Positions 13,037-30,987 of a DNA stretch of 64,000 nucleotides are shown here, in pieces. The stretch is from NCBI GenBank assembly GCA_001179505.1, contig CDMY01000603.1, positions 62,001 to 126,000 on the forward strand. Reading direction: 5' to 3'. Positions within the stretch are counted from its first letter, which is position 1, and the number at the start of each line of letters is the position of its first letter. Under the pieces are notes generated by a model, which had not been told where the DNA came from, searched no databases, and saw only the letters and a program-made list of their open reading frames with translations. The DNA is from Vitrella brassicaformis CCMP3155 (Eukaryota > Protista > Chromerida). The translations under genes were made by a program, and so were the position numbers.

Positions 13037-16000
13037 CTATCTATCGTGTGGCACCGGTGCGTACGACACGCGCGACGATGCCCTCTCCTCCTCGACGGGC
13101 GGCAGGCCCAGTTTGGGGGATGCGGTGGGGGACAGGTGCTGCTGGTCCTCCTCGTACGCCTTCTGCACACACATGGATGGATGGATGGATGGACTCAGCC
13201 AGTAAGATCGAAGAGATGATGGTAGGGTGGGTACCTTGAGGATGTTTAGCGAGTGTTTGTCAGACGCACGCCTCTGCCGGTGGCGCCTGCACACACACAC
13301 ACACACACACACACAGAGGGCCAAAGGTCCAAATGGATCATCCCACCTTACTTACAACAAGCAGGCTGACCTGAGCATATCTTGGGCACTCGCATAGTTG
13401 AACTGCTCCTCCTGGCTGAGCGACGCCTTGGACGACCGCCGCGACCACCGCCGCCCGTCGCCCGGCGACCGCGGCGACATCTCGATTGAGGCGCCAGAGC
13501 GCATCCGCGCTGCCAGCCCCTGGATGCGGGGGACCGCCTGCTGCGGCATGTCTCGCGGGCTCCTGTCGGGCGACTGGATGGAGACGGTCTCCTCGCCGAT
13601 GGACGAGAGGGGGCGGTGGACGACGGTGTCTGGCGGGGAGGGGGCGGTGGACCGCTGGTATGCGATGAGGATGACGGTGGCGATGACCGTGGTGAAGAGG
13701 ACCGTCAGGAAGGCCACGATGAGAATCACCAGGGGGAACGGCAGGTTGCGCCAGAGACGCTGACCGACGGATGGACGGATGGACAAATGGACAAATGGAC
13801 AGATACAATATGGGGGAGGGAGGGAGGAAGGGAGGGTGGTGTGTGTGTGTGTGTGTGTACCCTGAAGAAAGTGGGTATGGCTGCCTGTTTGGGCCGCCAC
13901 CTCTCCGCGGGCACCGTCTCAGGGTCCTCGTAGAAGATGAGCTCCGCCTTGTCAACCGCCCACAGAGGCGATGACACAGACCCACCTGACGTGACGCCAA
14001 CACAGGAGAAGATGCGCAGCACTAATCAATCCGTCGCACATAGCTTCACCATACATACCATCGCTTTGTGCGGTCAGGTATATGTCCACGAAGCTCCTGT
14101 GTGCGGCGTGGTCGACCCAGGCGCCTGTGTGCACAATAGCTCGCGAGTTGAGGTTGGTGATGCCCGCGCGCATGGTGTGGCCGAGGACCACAAGGCTGGG
14201 CGCGTCCATGAGGATGCCCTCGTCGTTCTCCCGCATGGCGTCGATCTCGTACTTGCGAACCAGCTCGTGAAGATACCTGTTTGTTCGGTGGGGTGGGCAG
14301 GCAACGATTCACACACTCCTCACTCATTGAGTGTGGGTTGCATGTCATGTCATGTCATGTGTTGTGGTGTGTATGTGGTGGGCAGGGCGGGGCGCACCAG
14401 TCGTATTCGTTGAATGCGGTTGCGTAGAGAGCGCCGCTGGCGAGTTTGCTGCCCTCTCTGCCCTCCCACTCGGCCGCCAGGTTGGCGTACTCGTCCAGCA
14501 CCTCCTTGATGGACACGTCACTGCGGGAGGGGAGCGGCCGCGGCTGCATGAAATCAATCGACAGACAGGTGAGGGAATGAATGGGTATGGTGTGGTGTCC
14601 GTCGTGTGGGCGTCGGGTGTGTTGGAAGTTGACTACATTTCGTCCATCGTCGGTGAAGATGTAGTTCCAGTATCCATCCTTGACGACCGTCTCCTCCTCT
14701 ACCCAATCGCCGAAGTTGGCGAACCTACCGGTAACAACACCAACACGCACGCAGCGCAGACAGCCCAGCCCACAAGTGATGTCATGCAGTGCATGCCTCA
14801 GTTTCCTCCTGCCTGCTTCTGTCTGTCTTTGCTGGCTCTAAAGGCTGCCTACCTACCTGAGGAGTTCCGTCAGCAGCTCCCTCATGCGTGCCGGCTTTCG
14901 CAAATCGCGGAAAGTCCAACTGACCGCCAAGCGGCGTCTGCACAAAGGGAGGGGCATGCGCATTCACACACAGCGTGGCGGGTGGATGAGTGAGTGAGGG
15001 AGGGAGGGCGGTGGGCAGACAGACAGACAGAGTGTCGTTCGTTAGTTACTTCCTAAGGTAATTGCCCACGACCTCGTGCGCTATGTTCCACACAGACGCG
15101 GGCGTCTCGTGAGACGCTGAGACCCTGCCCACAAGCACCACACATCCAGCCATCAGTGCTCCGTGCCCCTCGGTCTGTCTCGCTGCGCTGCGCTGCGCTG
15201 GCTGACCTCTGCAGGTATCTGCTGAAAGGGATCCTATCAAGCGGGTCGTATGCGAAGAAGTCCAGCCTCTGGCCGTGCTCTATCCACACCGGCCCCAGCT
15301 TCAGCGTCTCCAGCCCCACCACCACACGACCCTCCGTCCGCCCATCCCCCGGCACCAGTGTGGGCGGGTTGCCCGACGCCTCCGGAAACAGACCCCTTAT
15401 GCCCTCGTCCGTGTCGCCCTTCATGACGACAACCTGCGTGCCTCTGCTCCCTGTCAAGGAGCAGTTGGTGGGGCGGTCGTTGACGGCCTCCAGCAGCGAT
15501 GTGAGTCGTTGGAAGTCGATGCCGCCGCCTTTGGTTCTGACTTTGCCGGAGAGGACGTCGATGGGCTGTGGGGGTGTGGCTGCGAGGGGCACGAGCTGAA
15601 GGTCGGTGAGGTCGCCGTTGATGACCAGGTGGGTGAAGTCCCTGTGGTCGGGGTGCGTGTTGTTCAACTGTAGGTCATTTCACACATACAGGGACGGGTG
15701 GCTGGGTGGGATGGGATGGGATGGGTGCTCCGCAAATCATATCGCCGGGTCGTGTCGTATACATGTGATTGAGTGATACATACCATGAGTTCGAGTAGCT
15801 CAAACAGCCGCTCAGCGTTGTCGTGCAACCAAGGCGAACCCGCGTGCAGATCCCTGACAACACACACCACACCACACCACACCACACCAGCATACCATAT
15901 CGACCATCGGCTGCATGACATGACATGACATGGCTGGGTTGCATGAGGAGCTTTTCTCACCCGATGATTCGGATCTTGGGCGCGCCGCTGCACTGTGAAG

Positions 16001-16233
16001 ATCTCTCCAAGGCACCGGCACCCGCTGCACCGACACCCTCACTCACAGCCGCCTGAGAGAGAGAAGCCAATTGATCCGCGTGGCCAAATGGAACGCATGG
16101 ATGATCCATCTGATTCATCGCCCACCTCCTGGATAAGCCGGCCGTGCTGCCGCAGCCATGGACGGCCACCCAATGTGTACAGGGCCACCAGGGCGAGTGC
16201 GGGAGGAACGCACCACAGCAGCCAAGACACCAT
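13037..16233 (-). CDS. Membrane-anchored calcineurin-like (LpxH-type) metallophosphoesterase with non-canonical motifs
   Basis: N-terminal anchor MVSWLLWCVPPALALVALY. Motifs in order: DLH, INGDLTD, KGDTD, IEHGQRLD, LGHTM, HTGAWVD. C-terminal TM LPFPLVILIVAFLTVLFTTVIATVILIAY. Spliced tail ends ...VPHDR* at 13037. Confidence 0.72.
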
Positions 16234-16328
16234 TCGTGCCAAGGACTGATCAGTCAACCACACTTCATCAGCATCTCTCTCCAGGACTCCTCAGCCACCA
16301 GAAGGCCCCCTTTCCCTTTTCGACTCCT

Positions 16329-16336
16329 GCGAGCTA
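16329..16336 (+). promoter_or_regulatory. GCGAGCTA motif in the metallophosphoesterase/CDC48 divergent promoter
   Basis: Lies between the ATGs at 16233(-) and 16508(+). Confidence 0.55.
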
Positions 16337-16507
16337 GACAAGAAGACGGGCTTGAATTCCGATTCTAGTTGGTGACGTGCCGCTGTGCCGCTGTTGGGCA
16401 TCGAGCGGTATCGTAATCCGCTGGTTGGGGAGTTCCTGCGTTAATCCTCTATCTATCGCATCGCATCTCGCATACGTCTGTGTGCGTGCATCGACACATC
16501 CCTGAGC

Positions 16508-20905
<4,398 letters not shown>

Positions 20906-23255
20906 GTGGACCAACCGGCCGAGCGGACGATTTATTCCTGTCATGATACCACACACCGACCCCACCCACCCCTGCACGCCTCCCTCCATCCTTACCTCTG
21001 CCCCTGCCTGTGCTGTCTGACTGCCTGACTGCCTGGCTGCCCACTGCATGTCGGCCCTTGGCCTGAGTGAGTGACTGAGCGAATGAGAGAGTGCCTCAAT
21101 TAATGGCTGCGTGTACCATGCTACCCGTGCCGCCGTCTCATCCCTCTCCCTTCTCTCTCTCCCTCCCTCTGTGGCCGTTGTTTCTTTATCAAAGAGGGCG
21201 GGGAATGCAGTGAGGGAGAGGGCTGGCTGGTAGCTTAGCTGCTTTGTGGGCGCTTCACAGACGAACAGACAGACAGACAGACAGGCAGGTTGCAATTGCG
21301 AAGATCCCATCCATGGCTGATGTCGATGCGTTTTGAATTCTCAATCAGGACTGCTGCACATGTGCGTGGCTGGCCCGCCCAAACCACCGATACGATACGA
21401 TCAGTGCAAGACTTTTTTCTCTCTGCCTGCCTGCCTGCCTCGCTCGTGCATGATGAAACTCATGTGCCGTGTGTCCTCGTGTGTGTGTGTGAGCTGTTTG
21501 CTTGTTTGTGAACTCTCTGCGGGCTTGGCCCCGCCCCATCCGGGTGAGTGAGTTGTGTTGACGTGAGAGACTCCCCCTGACTCGATCGTTGTGTGTTCAT
21601 GACATGAATACATACATACAGGCCATGCAGGGCGTAATCCCTCTCCACCCACCCAAGGACCGACACACTCCACACCAGAGGCAAAAGAGACAGACCCTTC
21701 GGTCCGGCCATCAAACCATGCCTCAGTGACGCACGCTCACACAGCTTGGCCAAGAATAAACAAACACGGAGACATCGTTGTGTGGGTCGGTGGCCGGGGT
21801 GGTGTGTGGTGTGCATATCTGCATCAGTGAAGGTGACCTGACAGACCGACAGGCTGACAGGCCGACAGGCAGGAAGAGACATGGTAGACAGGCAGGGGTG
21901 GTGGATGGTGTCGTGGTCATGATGATGGTGTGTGGTTTGTGGTGTGTCAGTGTAGTGGCAGAAAAATGCGCATGCACGCGTCTGGGGCTATCTACACGTG
22001 TGTGGGTGTGAGCGTGTGTTTACTATGGAAGGAACTAGCTTCAGAACAGACCATTTGTTGTGTTGACACTCCCTTCCCCCCTCCTCCCCTCCCCTCCCCT
22101 TCCCTCTCCTCCCCTCCCCCCACCCGTCCATCTATCCATTCATTCTGGCCTCGCCCTGTACACGCACCTCACATACTTACACATACACACACACACACCA
22201 CACGTGTTCGTGCGCATCCAGTTTAGCAACCTAAGCTCTCGACACAGAGTGCAGGCCAGCACACCACAGCCCGCCCATCGAATCGAATCGAATCGACAGC
22301 AGCTGGCTTTGTGGCCGGCCGGCCTGAAAAACGTGCACAGGGACTGACTGTCCGTCTGCCTGTCCGTCCGTCCGCTTGTATGCCTATACGCATCCATCGC
22401 CATGATGGGTATGCCACAGCGCCCGCACTCACGCATAGCTCGCATACAACTCAGTGCACGACACACAGCAGACAGACAGACGGTAGGTAGGTAGGTATTC
22501 ACACACCACACAGGGGGTGCCTGGCTGCCTGGCTGCCTGGCTGGGAGACACAAACGTTTAACACATGTGTCGGACGGATGATGGGAAAACCCGCCGTATA
22601 CTCACTCTATCGACAGGAGCGGCACACACATGCAATTTGCACCAGACAGAAGTAAGTAGTTTAGTTAGTAGTGAGTGAAGCGATGCGTCTCTCGGCTTGC
22701 TTGCGAGTCCGCAGGCAAACAGGGAGTGAGACAGACAGAAGAAGAAATTCAGAAAAAAGAGACTTAAACATGTTATCTATCGACAGGCACATTACACATC
22801 ACACATCACACATCATACATCATATGTTCACACATTACACATCACACATTATACCGCCGTCACGTCACGTCACGGCATAGCACACCTGGCATGTTAGGTC
22901 AGGTGTGCACAAAAAGTCGAGGAATCAATCAATCGTCCTATCTACCTTATCTGTTTGCAGTTGGTTAGTTATATACGCCGCCCTAGCAGTGCGTTGTCTA
23001 TGTATGTTGATCCATCGGTGGGTGGGTTGGGTAGGTGTGGCTATTTCCACAAGACAGCGAGGAAGGGGTGAGCATGTGATGTGCACAGACAGACAGACAC
23101 ACAGACACACAGACAGACAGACAGACACACATACACACAGACAGACAGAGGGTGAAAAAGAGACAGACATCGGCCAGCCAGAATGGGATAGCAAAGTAGA
23201 GTAGACACACAGACACAGACACAGACACCCACACATGCAGCATTCATTCACATGC

Positions 23256-23362
23256 TCAGAATGGCCGGAATCCCAGAGAGGTCGGCGTCTGGTAAGTGGC
23301 TGCCACCCACGACCTGATCAATCAATTCGAGAGACACACAAACACAGCCATCCCTCCTTGCA

Positions 23363-23398
<36 letters not shown>

Positions 23399-25009
23399 TC
23401 GCACATGACATTGAGCACCAGCTCCTCGGGCACTAGAGTGAACACCTCACCATCAGGAGAACGTACCTGCAGCACACACCACATCACACACAGCTTAAGA
23501 GAAGGCAATGGCCGCAGTGCAGTGCAGTGACGTATGGAAACATACATATACATACCGGCAGCCCGGTGTTGTTGGTGCTGCGTTTGGTCCTTCTCCTGGG
23601 TGGTGGGCTGCCCATGGCCGCCCCCATGCACAGCTCAGACTTGCAGGCGCGGTGGCCGAACTGGTGCACCAGGTCCACCGTCCACCCAAAGGTGTCCAGG
23701 GGCAGGAAATGGCTCTCGGCCTTGTTCGCCCGCCCCTCCAGCCGAAACAGCTGGTCGTGCACGTTCATGGCCACGTCGCCGGGGTCGGTCAGGATCGTCA
23801 CCACCTGGCCCCCTCTGCGCCTCATCTTGACGCGCATAATCTCCTCCTCGCTGCACCACTGAGAATGGTCGTCGTCTCCACACCCGCCCTGCAGCACTGC
23901 ACGGATGCGGGCGCGCAGCTGTCCGCTGTAGGTGCGCCTGACGCCGCCAACGCCCTCACCGCGTGGCGTGGCCTTGCTGGAGGGGGGCGGCATCATCTCA
24001 GCTGCCCCACCCCTCGCTCCCTTGCGGAAGATTGTGGCCTGGCTGCGGCGCGATGAGCGTTTGTGAGGTCCGATGAGGCTCCATCCGGTGTCAGGGACGC
24101 CCAGTGCTGAGTAAACAGTTCGCTGGATGTTGCCGGTGTCCTCATCTGAGACACTGCGGCGCTCGGTTGGGTAGCCCAGACAGGGGATGGAGGCGATGCG
24201 GTCGGTGCAGATGGTCGTGCTGTGGGGTGGGGGAGGTGTGGGGGTGTGGGAGGGAGTGGGGGTGGGAGGGGAGCTGTGATGTTGCTCCTGCTGCTGCTCG
24301 TGCTGGTGGTGGTGGTGCTGTTGGGGTGCATGGTAGCTCTCGCCGCTGCTGGGCATGGTGGTGACGGACTCGCACTCTGTGGCTGTTGCAGAATTCGAAT
24401 CACCGTCTCCACCCACACCCCTCCTCGCCGCACTGCTTGCTGCACACAAACACACGCAGCGACAGCGGCGTTGTCACTCGTGTGTTGGTGTGGGTGCATT
24501 GTGGTTACCAGGTGAGCATGACCCCGCTTCAGACACCACCGAGACGCCGAACCGTTTGGCCAGCAGCTGTGCTCTGACGGCGATGTTGAGCGAGAGAGTG
24601 AGAAGGTTGACGGAGCAGGTCTGGCCGCTCTTGACGTTGAAGTAGGTGCACGGCTGCAGCGGGCTGGGCCACGTCGCCGTCCTCTTCTTGGACGCCCCGC
24701 CCACTATCAGCGCCGCACACCCCACGTCCTCGGTCCTCTCAACCACACGCCGCCAACCGAAGTCGGGGTCGGGGTGGAACACCTCCACGTCGATGTCATC
24801 ACCGTACTCGCCGTCACCGGCTGCACAGCACAGGCAGTCACAACACAGTGAGGCGCGTGTGTGTGGCGTGTGTGTTGACTGACTGACTGCCTGCCTGCCT
24901 GACCAGGTGAGCTGCCTTTGCGTTTGAAGGTGATGGCTTTGAGACCGCTTGAGGCGCTTGAGGCGCCACTGACCTTCCTCTCGCCCAGGTGGCTGCTCCC
25001 GCAACCCAT
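23256..25009 (-). CDS. Hypothetical protein with N-terminal myristoylation/palmitoylation signal (MGCGSS) and ubiquitin-like segments
   Basis: ATG at 25009. Phase-consistent introns join MGCGSS...GSSP|AGDGEYG...SCSP|ASSAARR...TGLP|VRSPDGE...NV|MSWVAA...FRPF*. Confidence 0.65.
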
Positions 25010-25197
25010 CCTCCTGGCTCATCCACTCCTCTCTCTGCCTCTCCCACCAACTGCCGCTCAACGGCTGAACTTCTGCTGCGAAGTGGGGGGGGCGGCCTGA
25101 ATCGCAAGATTCGTGCCTCAGCAGCGATATCCTTCCTATCGCCGACGCAGCGGCAAGCCTGCCGTATTCCCCTCTGCCGCTCAAACCGGGCTGAGAT

Positions 25198-25205
25198 GCG
25201 AGCTT
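25198..25205 (+). promoter_or_regulatory. GCGAGCTT motif in a divergent promoter
   Basis: Lies between the ATGs at 25009(-) and 25251(+). Confidence 0.55.
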
Positions 25206-25250
25206 GAGATCGAGGCCAGCCGTTTCCTCCCCTCAAATCACCAAACAAGG

Positions 25251-28200
25251 ATGCCAGTGGACCATGAGGAGCTCGATGCCGAGATCTCTATTGAGTTCTC
25301 AGTCGAACGAACCTTCGACACGCCCGAGCTTCAGACATCCTCTCGCGCGAGCAGGAAGCGGGCGCCTGCAGAGGGGTTCGTGCAGGCCGCCTCGCTCCTC
25401 TGCGTTTCAAAGCCCGCATCGCCTGTCTACAGGGTATTCCTGGGGCTATCAAATGGTCGGTAATACGAAGGAAATGAAAATCTTCCCAAGTTTGGCCACC
25501 AATCAAATATCGCGACGTTGCTGTGCTGCATGCTGCAGGGAAGATTCTGTCTTACCAGTGCAAAAGGGACACCGATGGCCCGGGAGAGACGGCAGGGAAT
25601 GGGCAGCTGGTCCGCAGCGAGCCCGTCATCCACGAGGGCCACAGCGGCCCCGTGCGGTGTCTCATCTTCCTGGAGCGGCTCAACAGCGACTTCGACCTCC
25701 CACGGATCACTGACGACCATGAAGACGACGAGCTGGCCGGCATGTCTCGGGGCGGCCACAATGGCAACCCTTTGGACGTGTCGCCGTCCGTCGCGGCGCA
25801 GAGGAGCGATAAGGGAGGGTTTCTCTTGTCGGGGGGCTCTGACAGGGTGATCAAGGTGTGGGAGCTGTCCTACCACGACGATCCGGTCGGCAGGGGGGCC
25901 GCGCGGTGCCTGCAGACGCTCTACGGCCATGGGGGGTCGGTTCTTGCCATGGCGAGCTCGGTGTTTGGGGGGGAGGCGATCGTGGCCTCGTGCTCCACCG
26001 ACCAGCACATTATGCTGTGGAAGATGGACCCCGATAAGCGTGTGTTGCGGTTCCCACCCTTTCGCTGCTTCCAGAAGATACACGCGTCCATCCGGCCGCC
26101 TGTGCCAGACCAGCAAGCCGACGAAGATCCCAAGAGGACGTCGGAAAAAACGGAGAAGGACCGCCCACCACCACCGCCTCGTGCTGACGACGCCGGCTGG
26201 TTCACGGCCCTCACCTTCCGTGACGGCGGCGACACGTTGAGTCTCCTCGCCAGCGACACATCAGGGTGCGTGACACATTTCGCCTACTCGTTGCCTTATG
26301 AGCCGGCCAAAGAGCCGGCCAGGAGGGCATCAGGAGCATCATCTGAGAGACGGGGTGGCGATGGGCAGAGAAGGGGGAAGCGGGGGTCGATGGAGAGCAT
26401 TGCTGGCGACATGATGGTCGGCGGCGGGTCTTTCGAGTGCGTCAGGCGGGTGGCTTTCCACCACCGGGCGATCGTGGGGCTGCTATGCTTGCCTGGCGAG
26501 CAGCGGATCGTGACCCATGGTTACGATCAGAAAGTCAGGATCTCCCACCCGGACACACACGAGTGCTTCCTCGACGACACCCACCCCTCTGCGGCCATTT
26601 TCACTTGTGCGGCGTGGCACGGCACCTACCAGGAGCTGATGCTCGCCGACTCGCAGGGCCACATCTCCATCTACAACCTTCGATCAGACGAGAAAGTGAC
26701 CTATGAGCCGCTGCCGCTGGCATGGGGTGGCCAGGACGGATCGACGTCGTCGTCGTCGTCTGCTGCTGCTGCTGCTGCTGCTGCTGAGAGAGACAAGGAT
26801 GGCGGAGGGGGGAAAGACGGGAGCGGCAAGGAGAAGCCGGATGCGAAGCTGGTGGCTACCGACGGCCAGAGGCGTGTGTGGGCCATGATTGCACTGCCGA
26901 CCATGGAAGACTGGAAGTAGGTACATACATATTACCCGTCCACCCACCGCACACACGGACACAGTTGCATGATGAGAGACATCTCCTGTGTCTGTCTGTG
27001 TCTCGCTCCCTCACTTGCAGCCAGGGATTAGACCCCTCCTCAATGCCCTTTATCCCCCCAGCCACCACCACCACCGAGGAGCAGCAGGATCAGGCCAACG
27101 ACCAGCAGGCAGCAGCAGCATCATCATCAGGTGTCCCTGCAGACGATGCCACGGCAAGTGTTGAGGAGAGCGCCATTTATGACGGGCTGAACAAGCCGCG
27201 CCATGTGGTGGTGCTGACCGGCTGGGAGGCCGTCCAGCTGCGCCTGGTGCCGAGGGCGGCGTGCCCGTCCATCAAAGGACACTCAGGTGCGAAGCGGACG
27301 AAGGAACGAAGACGGCTCTCTCTCTCTCTCTCCTGACTCTCCTGACTTCGAGCATGAGCGTGTGTTGGTATGTATCTTCGTTCAGGAGCTGTGGTTCGCG
27401 CATTTTACCGACCGCTGGGTTGTGGCGAGCGTGCGTCGGAAAGGGAGAAGAACCCCCTGGGCGTGAGCGGCCACCTCTACTCGGCCAGCAGCGATAACAC
27501 CATCAAATGGTACGTGCGCCGTAAGTAAAGTCAGGCAGGTCTTGCAAAGAAGAGATTTGGCTGCTGAGCTTGATATATGTGTGTGTTGCACTGCACATAT
27601 GAAGCAGCTGGGACGTCGAGAATCAGCTGTGTTTGCGAACATTCAGGACATTCCGCTCAGAAATTACAGAGTACACACACATTCCTTCCTCCTTTGCAAA
27701 CAAAATGATCGGTTCATCTCTCTAGGTAGCTACGGTCTGTGTTGTGTGCCTGCCCTGCAGGTTTCTGTTCCTCCCATCGACGGAGATGTTCCTCACCGGC
27801 CACGAGAGCGGCGACATCAAGATGTGGAACGTCGACGACATGCAGTCCGTCACACTCAAAACACCTAAGGGCCAGCGACCCCACAAGAACACCATCTCAT
27901 CAATGGCCCTACTCGTCACATCACCCTCTGCGAAGAAAGAACCTACGCCCACACCCACACCCACAGCAGCAGCAGCAGCAGCAGCAGGAGGGCCGGCCAC
28001 CTACCGCTCGGCAGAGAGCCTCGAGAGTGACGAAAATGGCGGTGGTGACGGCGACGCTGCGTCGAGTGTGTCGTCTTTGCCTGTGGATGGGGCGGCCAGG
28101 ATGCGGGAGGGGGAAGGTAGTGGTGGTGATGGTGTGAGGTCTCGGGACAGGATGGATGCGGTGGTTGTGGGGTCGTTCGACTGCTATGTGTCGCTGTGGA

Positions 28201-29829
28201 AGATCGTCGATGAGGGAGACACCATCACGGCTAGAATGGAGGCAAGTCACGTACAGGGAGGGACACACAGAGAAGGCTAGGCTCACCCATTCGCTCATAT
28301 CTCTTGGTGTCTGTCGCACAGCGGTCGTTCCGTGCCCACCCGACGGATGACGACGAGCTCTTGTGTCTGTGCGTGTCGTCGTGCCACCCCACAGCCCCTC
28401 CCTCGCCCACCTCTCCCTCCCAGGTTGCACGCAACCTCACCCACCGCAGCACCACCAGCAACCTCAGCCACAGACTCACCGGACACGGACACCACACAGA
28501 CCGACATAGCCCTTCTACAGTCGTTTTGACCGGTGGGTGGGTCACCGGTGAGGGGAATCAGTGCACTCACTGCAGGGGTCCGGTGAATGATGTGTGTGTC
28601 CTTAATGTGTGTTATGTAGGTGGGAACAAGGGCGTGATATACTGCTGGATGTTGCCCAAGGCAAACCAGCCCGAGAGGCTCCTTTTCCAGCTGGCAGGAC
28701 ACCAGGTAGGTACGGTACAGCACGGGGAAGTCAATGAATAGCTTCTTGAAACGGACGCAGACAGACGCGACATTTCCCTGTTTGCCTTCGTGTGTCTTGT
28801 CACTCGACTGACTCACTCGCAGGATGCGGTGACCAGCCTCATAGAGGTGTCGGGCCGGCTCTTCTCTGGTACGCAGACAGACAGACAGACAGACAGACGC
28901 CCACAGAATCACACACATTCGCCGCCCCATCCACAAGAGAGCACAGGATCTCGCTCGCTCCCTCCTGCTTGCCACTTTATTTATTCTGTCCACCAGGTTC
29001 AGAGGACGGCACCGTCCGCATCTGGCTGCTGACCTCCTCCAGCACACAAGGGGCTCGCGAGAGCGCCCCGGAGGCCCTTGGCCAGGTCCGGGTGCCCGTC
29101 TCGCTCAGCCCGCCCCCGGCCGCCAAACGCCTCCCGTCGCGACTGCTCGAACACGTCAAGACGCCTTCACACGGCGACTCGTCGAGAACGGCGCATCAGG
29201 CTGCTCGGCCCAATGTGACCATGACACGGCGGAACACTGACAAGGGGCGGGCTGGTGATGAGGAACACCACATGGGAGAGCCGCATCGGACGGGAGGTTT
29301 CGGGATTGTGGAGCAGTTCGTTGCCGTGTGGATGTGGGCACATCCTCTGAAGAAAGGCTCAGAGCCTCAGGCAGGGACAGATCAGAAGGACCAGCCTGGT
29401 CGCTGGGTGGTATTCAGCTGCAGCCGCAACGGTGAGATCATCGGCTGGGACGTCCTCACCCTGCGCATCGTCTGGTGGACCCGGTTTGACGACACCGAGA
29501 TCCGCTCGGTCGCATACGCCGCCCCCTGGCGCACTCTGTGGCTGGGCAAGGAGGACGGCGGCATTTTTTTCTGCACCCTCCCGCCCACCCTGGCCTTCCC
29601 ACTGCAGAAGGAGCGACATGCCGCCTTCTTGGAGAGCGGCGGGCGTCCCATGGACATCGACCATGAGATTGTGGGCCTCCCCGAGTGGCACAGGCGGCCC
29701 CTTGATGATGTTGTGGAGATGGACAAGGAGCAGGATGTTGGCCGTTGGGTGGTGGTGGGGCCTCTGCCGCCTGAGCGGAGGAAGAGGCGGCGGCGGAAAC
29801 GGTCGTCCTTTGTCGGTGGAGGTGGGTGA
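25251..29829 (+). CDS. Large WD40-repeat protein with low-complexity insertions
   Basis: GH...WD/WE repeats: EGHSGPVRCL, LLSGGSDRVIKVWE, YGHGGSVLAM, ASCSTDQHIMLWK, LYSASSDNTIKW, LTGHESGDIKMWN, GSFDCYVSLWK, GSEDGTVRIW, SRNGEIIGWD. Confidence 0.88.
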
Positions 29830-30687
29830 GAGGGATGGCACGGCAGGGTGGGGAGGGAGGGTGTGGATGAGTGCAGGCAGGCAGGGCATTAGGGCTGGAT
29901 AGCTAGCTAGGGATTGTGGATATATTGTTGAGTCTTCACTCCCTCACTCTTGCTGTGGCGTGGAGACATCACATCCGTCCCGTCAGCCATGCAAGGCAAG
30001 GCGGCTTTGAGCTGCCAGCTGCTAATTATGTATGTGCTGTTCCTGTCTGACTTACTGAGAGATGGATGGATTTACTGCTGCTTGCTGTCTGTCTGCCGGA
30101 TCATCACATCAGCGGGTGGGGTGGCCATGGGGTGGGTGAGGTTATACTTAAATCTGCGTCCGTGTGCGGGCAGGTGAGGGTGTCTCGGGAAGTCTCGCAA
30201 GCATGCACAACAAGAAGGATGCAATGCATGCCATCGATGGCACACAGGAGTGAGTGAATCCAACACACACGCAGAGAGAGAGAGAGAGAGACAGAGATGC
30301 GGCTGGGAAGGAGAAAGTCAGTCGGGCAGGCAGATAGGCAGACAGACAGGCAGTTGACGGAGCCAGTGGGTGAGTGACGACACACACGTACATACGGGCC
30401 ATGGCAAGGCCGGCATGCGCACATCCATCCATCCATCCACACCACAACACGAGAATCCGAAAAAATGCGCCAATTGGTTCATTCCTTCAGCTAGCAGGAG
30501 CCAACCGATCACAGTGCCGAAAGGAATGGATGGATGGAGGCAGGCACGGATGGTGTCCCTCCACGCCTTCCTGCCTGCTATCCCTTCAAGAGCTCAAATC
30601 GAATCGGTTCGCTCCATTTTCATTGTCTGGCCTGGCCGTATGGTACACACACAGAGGAAGAGGAGGGCCCGGGGGGGGGGGGGGGGG

Positions 30688-30987
30688 NNNNNNNNNNNNN
30701 NNNNNNNNNNNNNNNNNNNNNNNNNNNNNNNNNNNNNNNNNNNNNNNNNNNNNNNNNNNNNNNNNNNNNNNNNNNNNNNNNNNNNNNNNNNNNNNNNNNN
30801 NNNNNNNNNNNNNNNNNNNNNNNNNNNNNNNNNNNNNNNNNNNNNNNNNNNNNNNNNNNNNNNNNNNNNNNNNNNNNNNNNNNNNNNNNNNNNNNNNNNN
30901 NNNNNNNNNNNNNNNNNNNNNNNNNNNNNNNNNNNNNNNNNNNNNNNNNNNNNNNNNNNNNNNNNNNNNNNNNNNNNNNNNNNNNNN
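30688..30987. other. Assembly gap (300 N) flanked by poly-G runs
   Basis: N run. G17 at 30671-30687 and G28 at 30988-31015. Confidence 0.99.

Noticed and set aside
20906-23255. Many THTH/VCVC/RQTD-type ORFs in this convergent intergenic region and in introns
   Set aside because: They are translations of microsatellites and show no coding signal.
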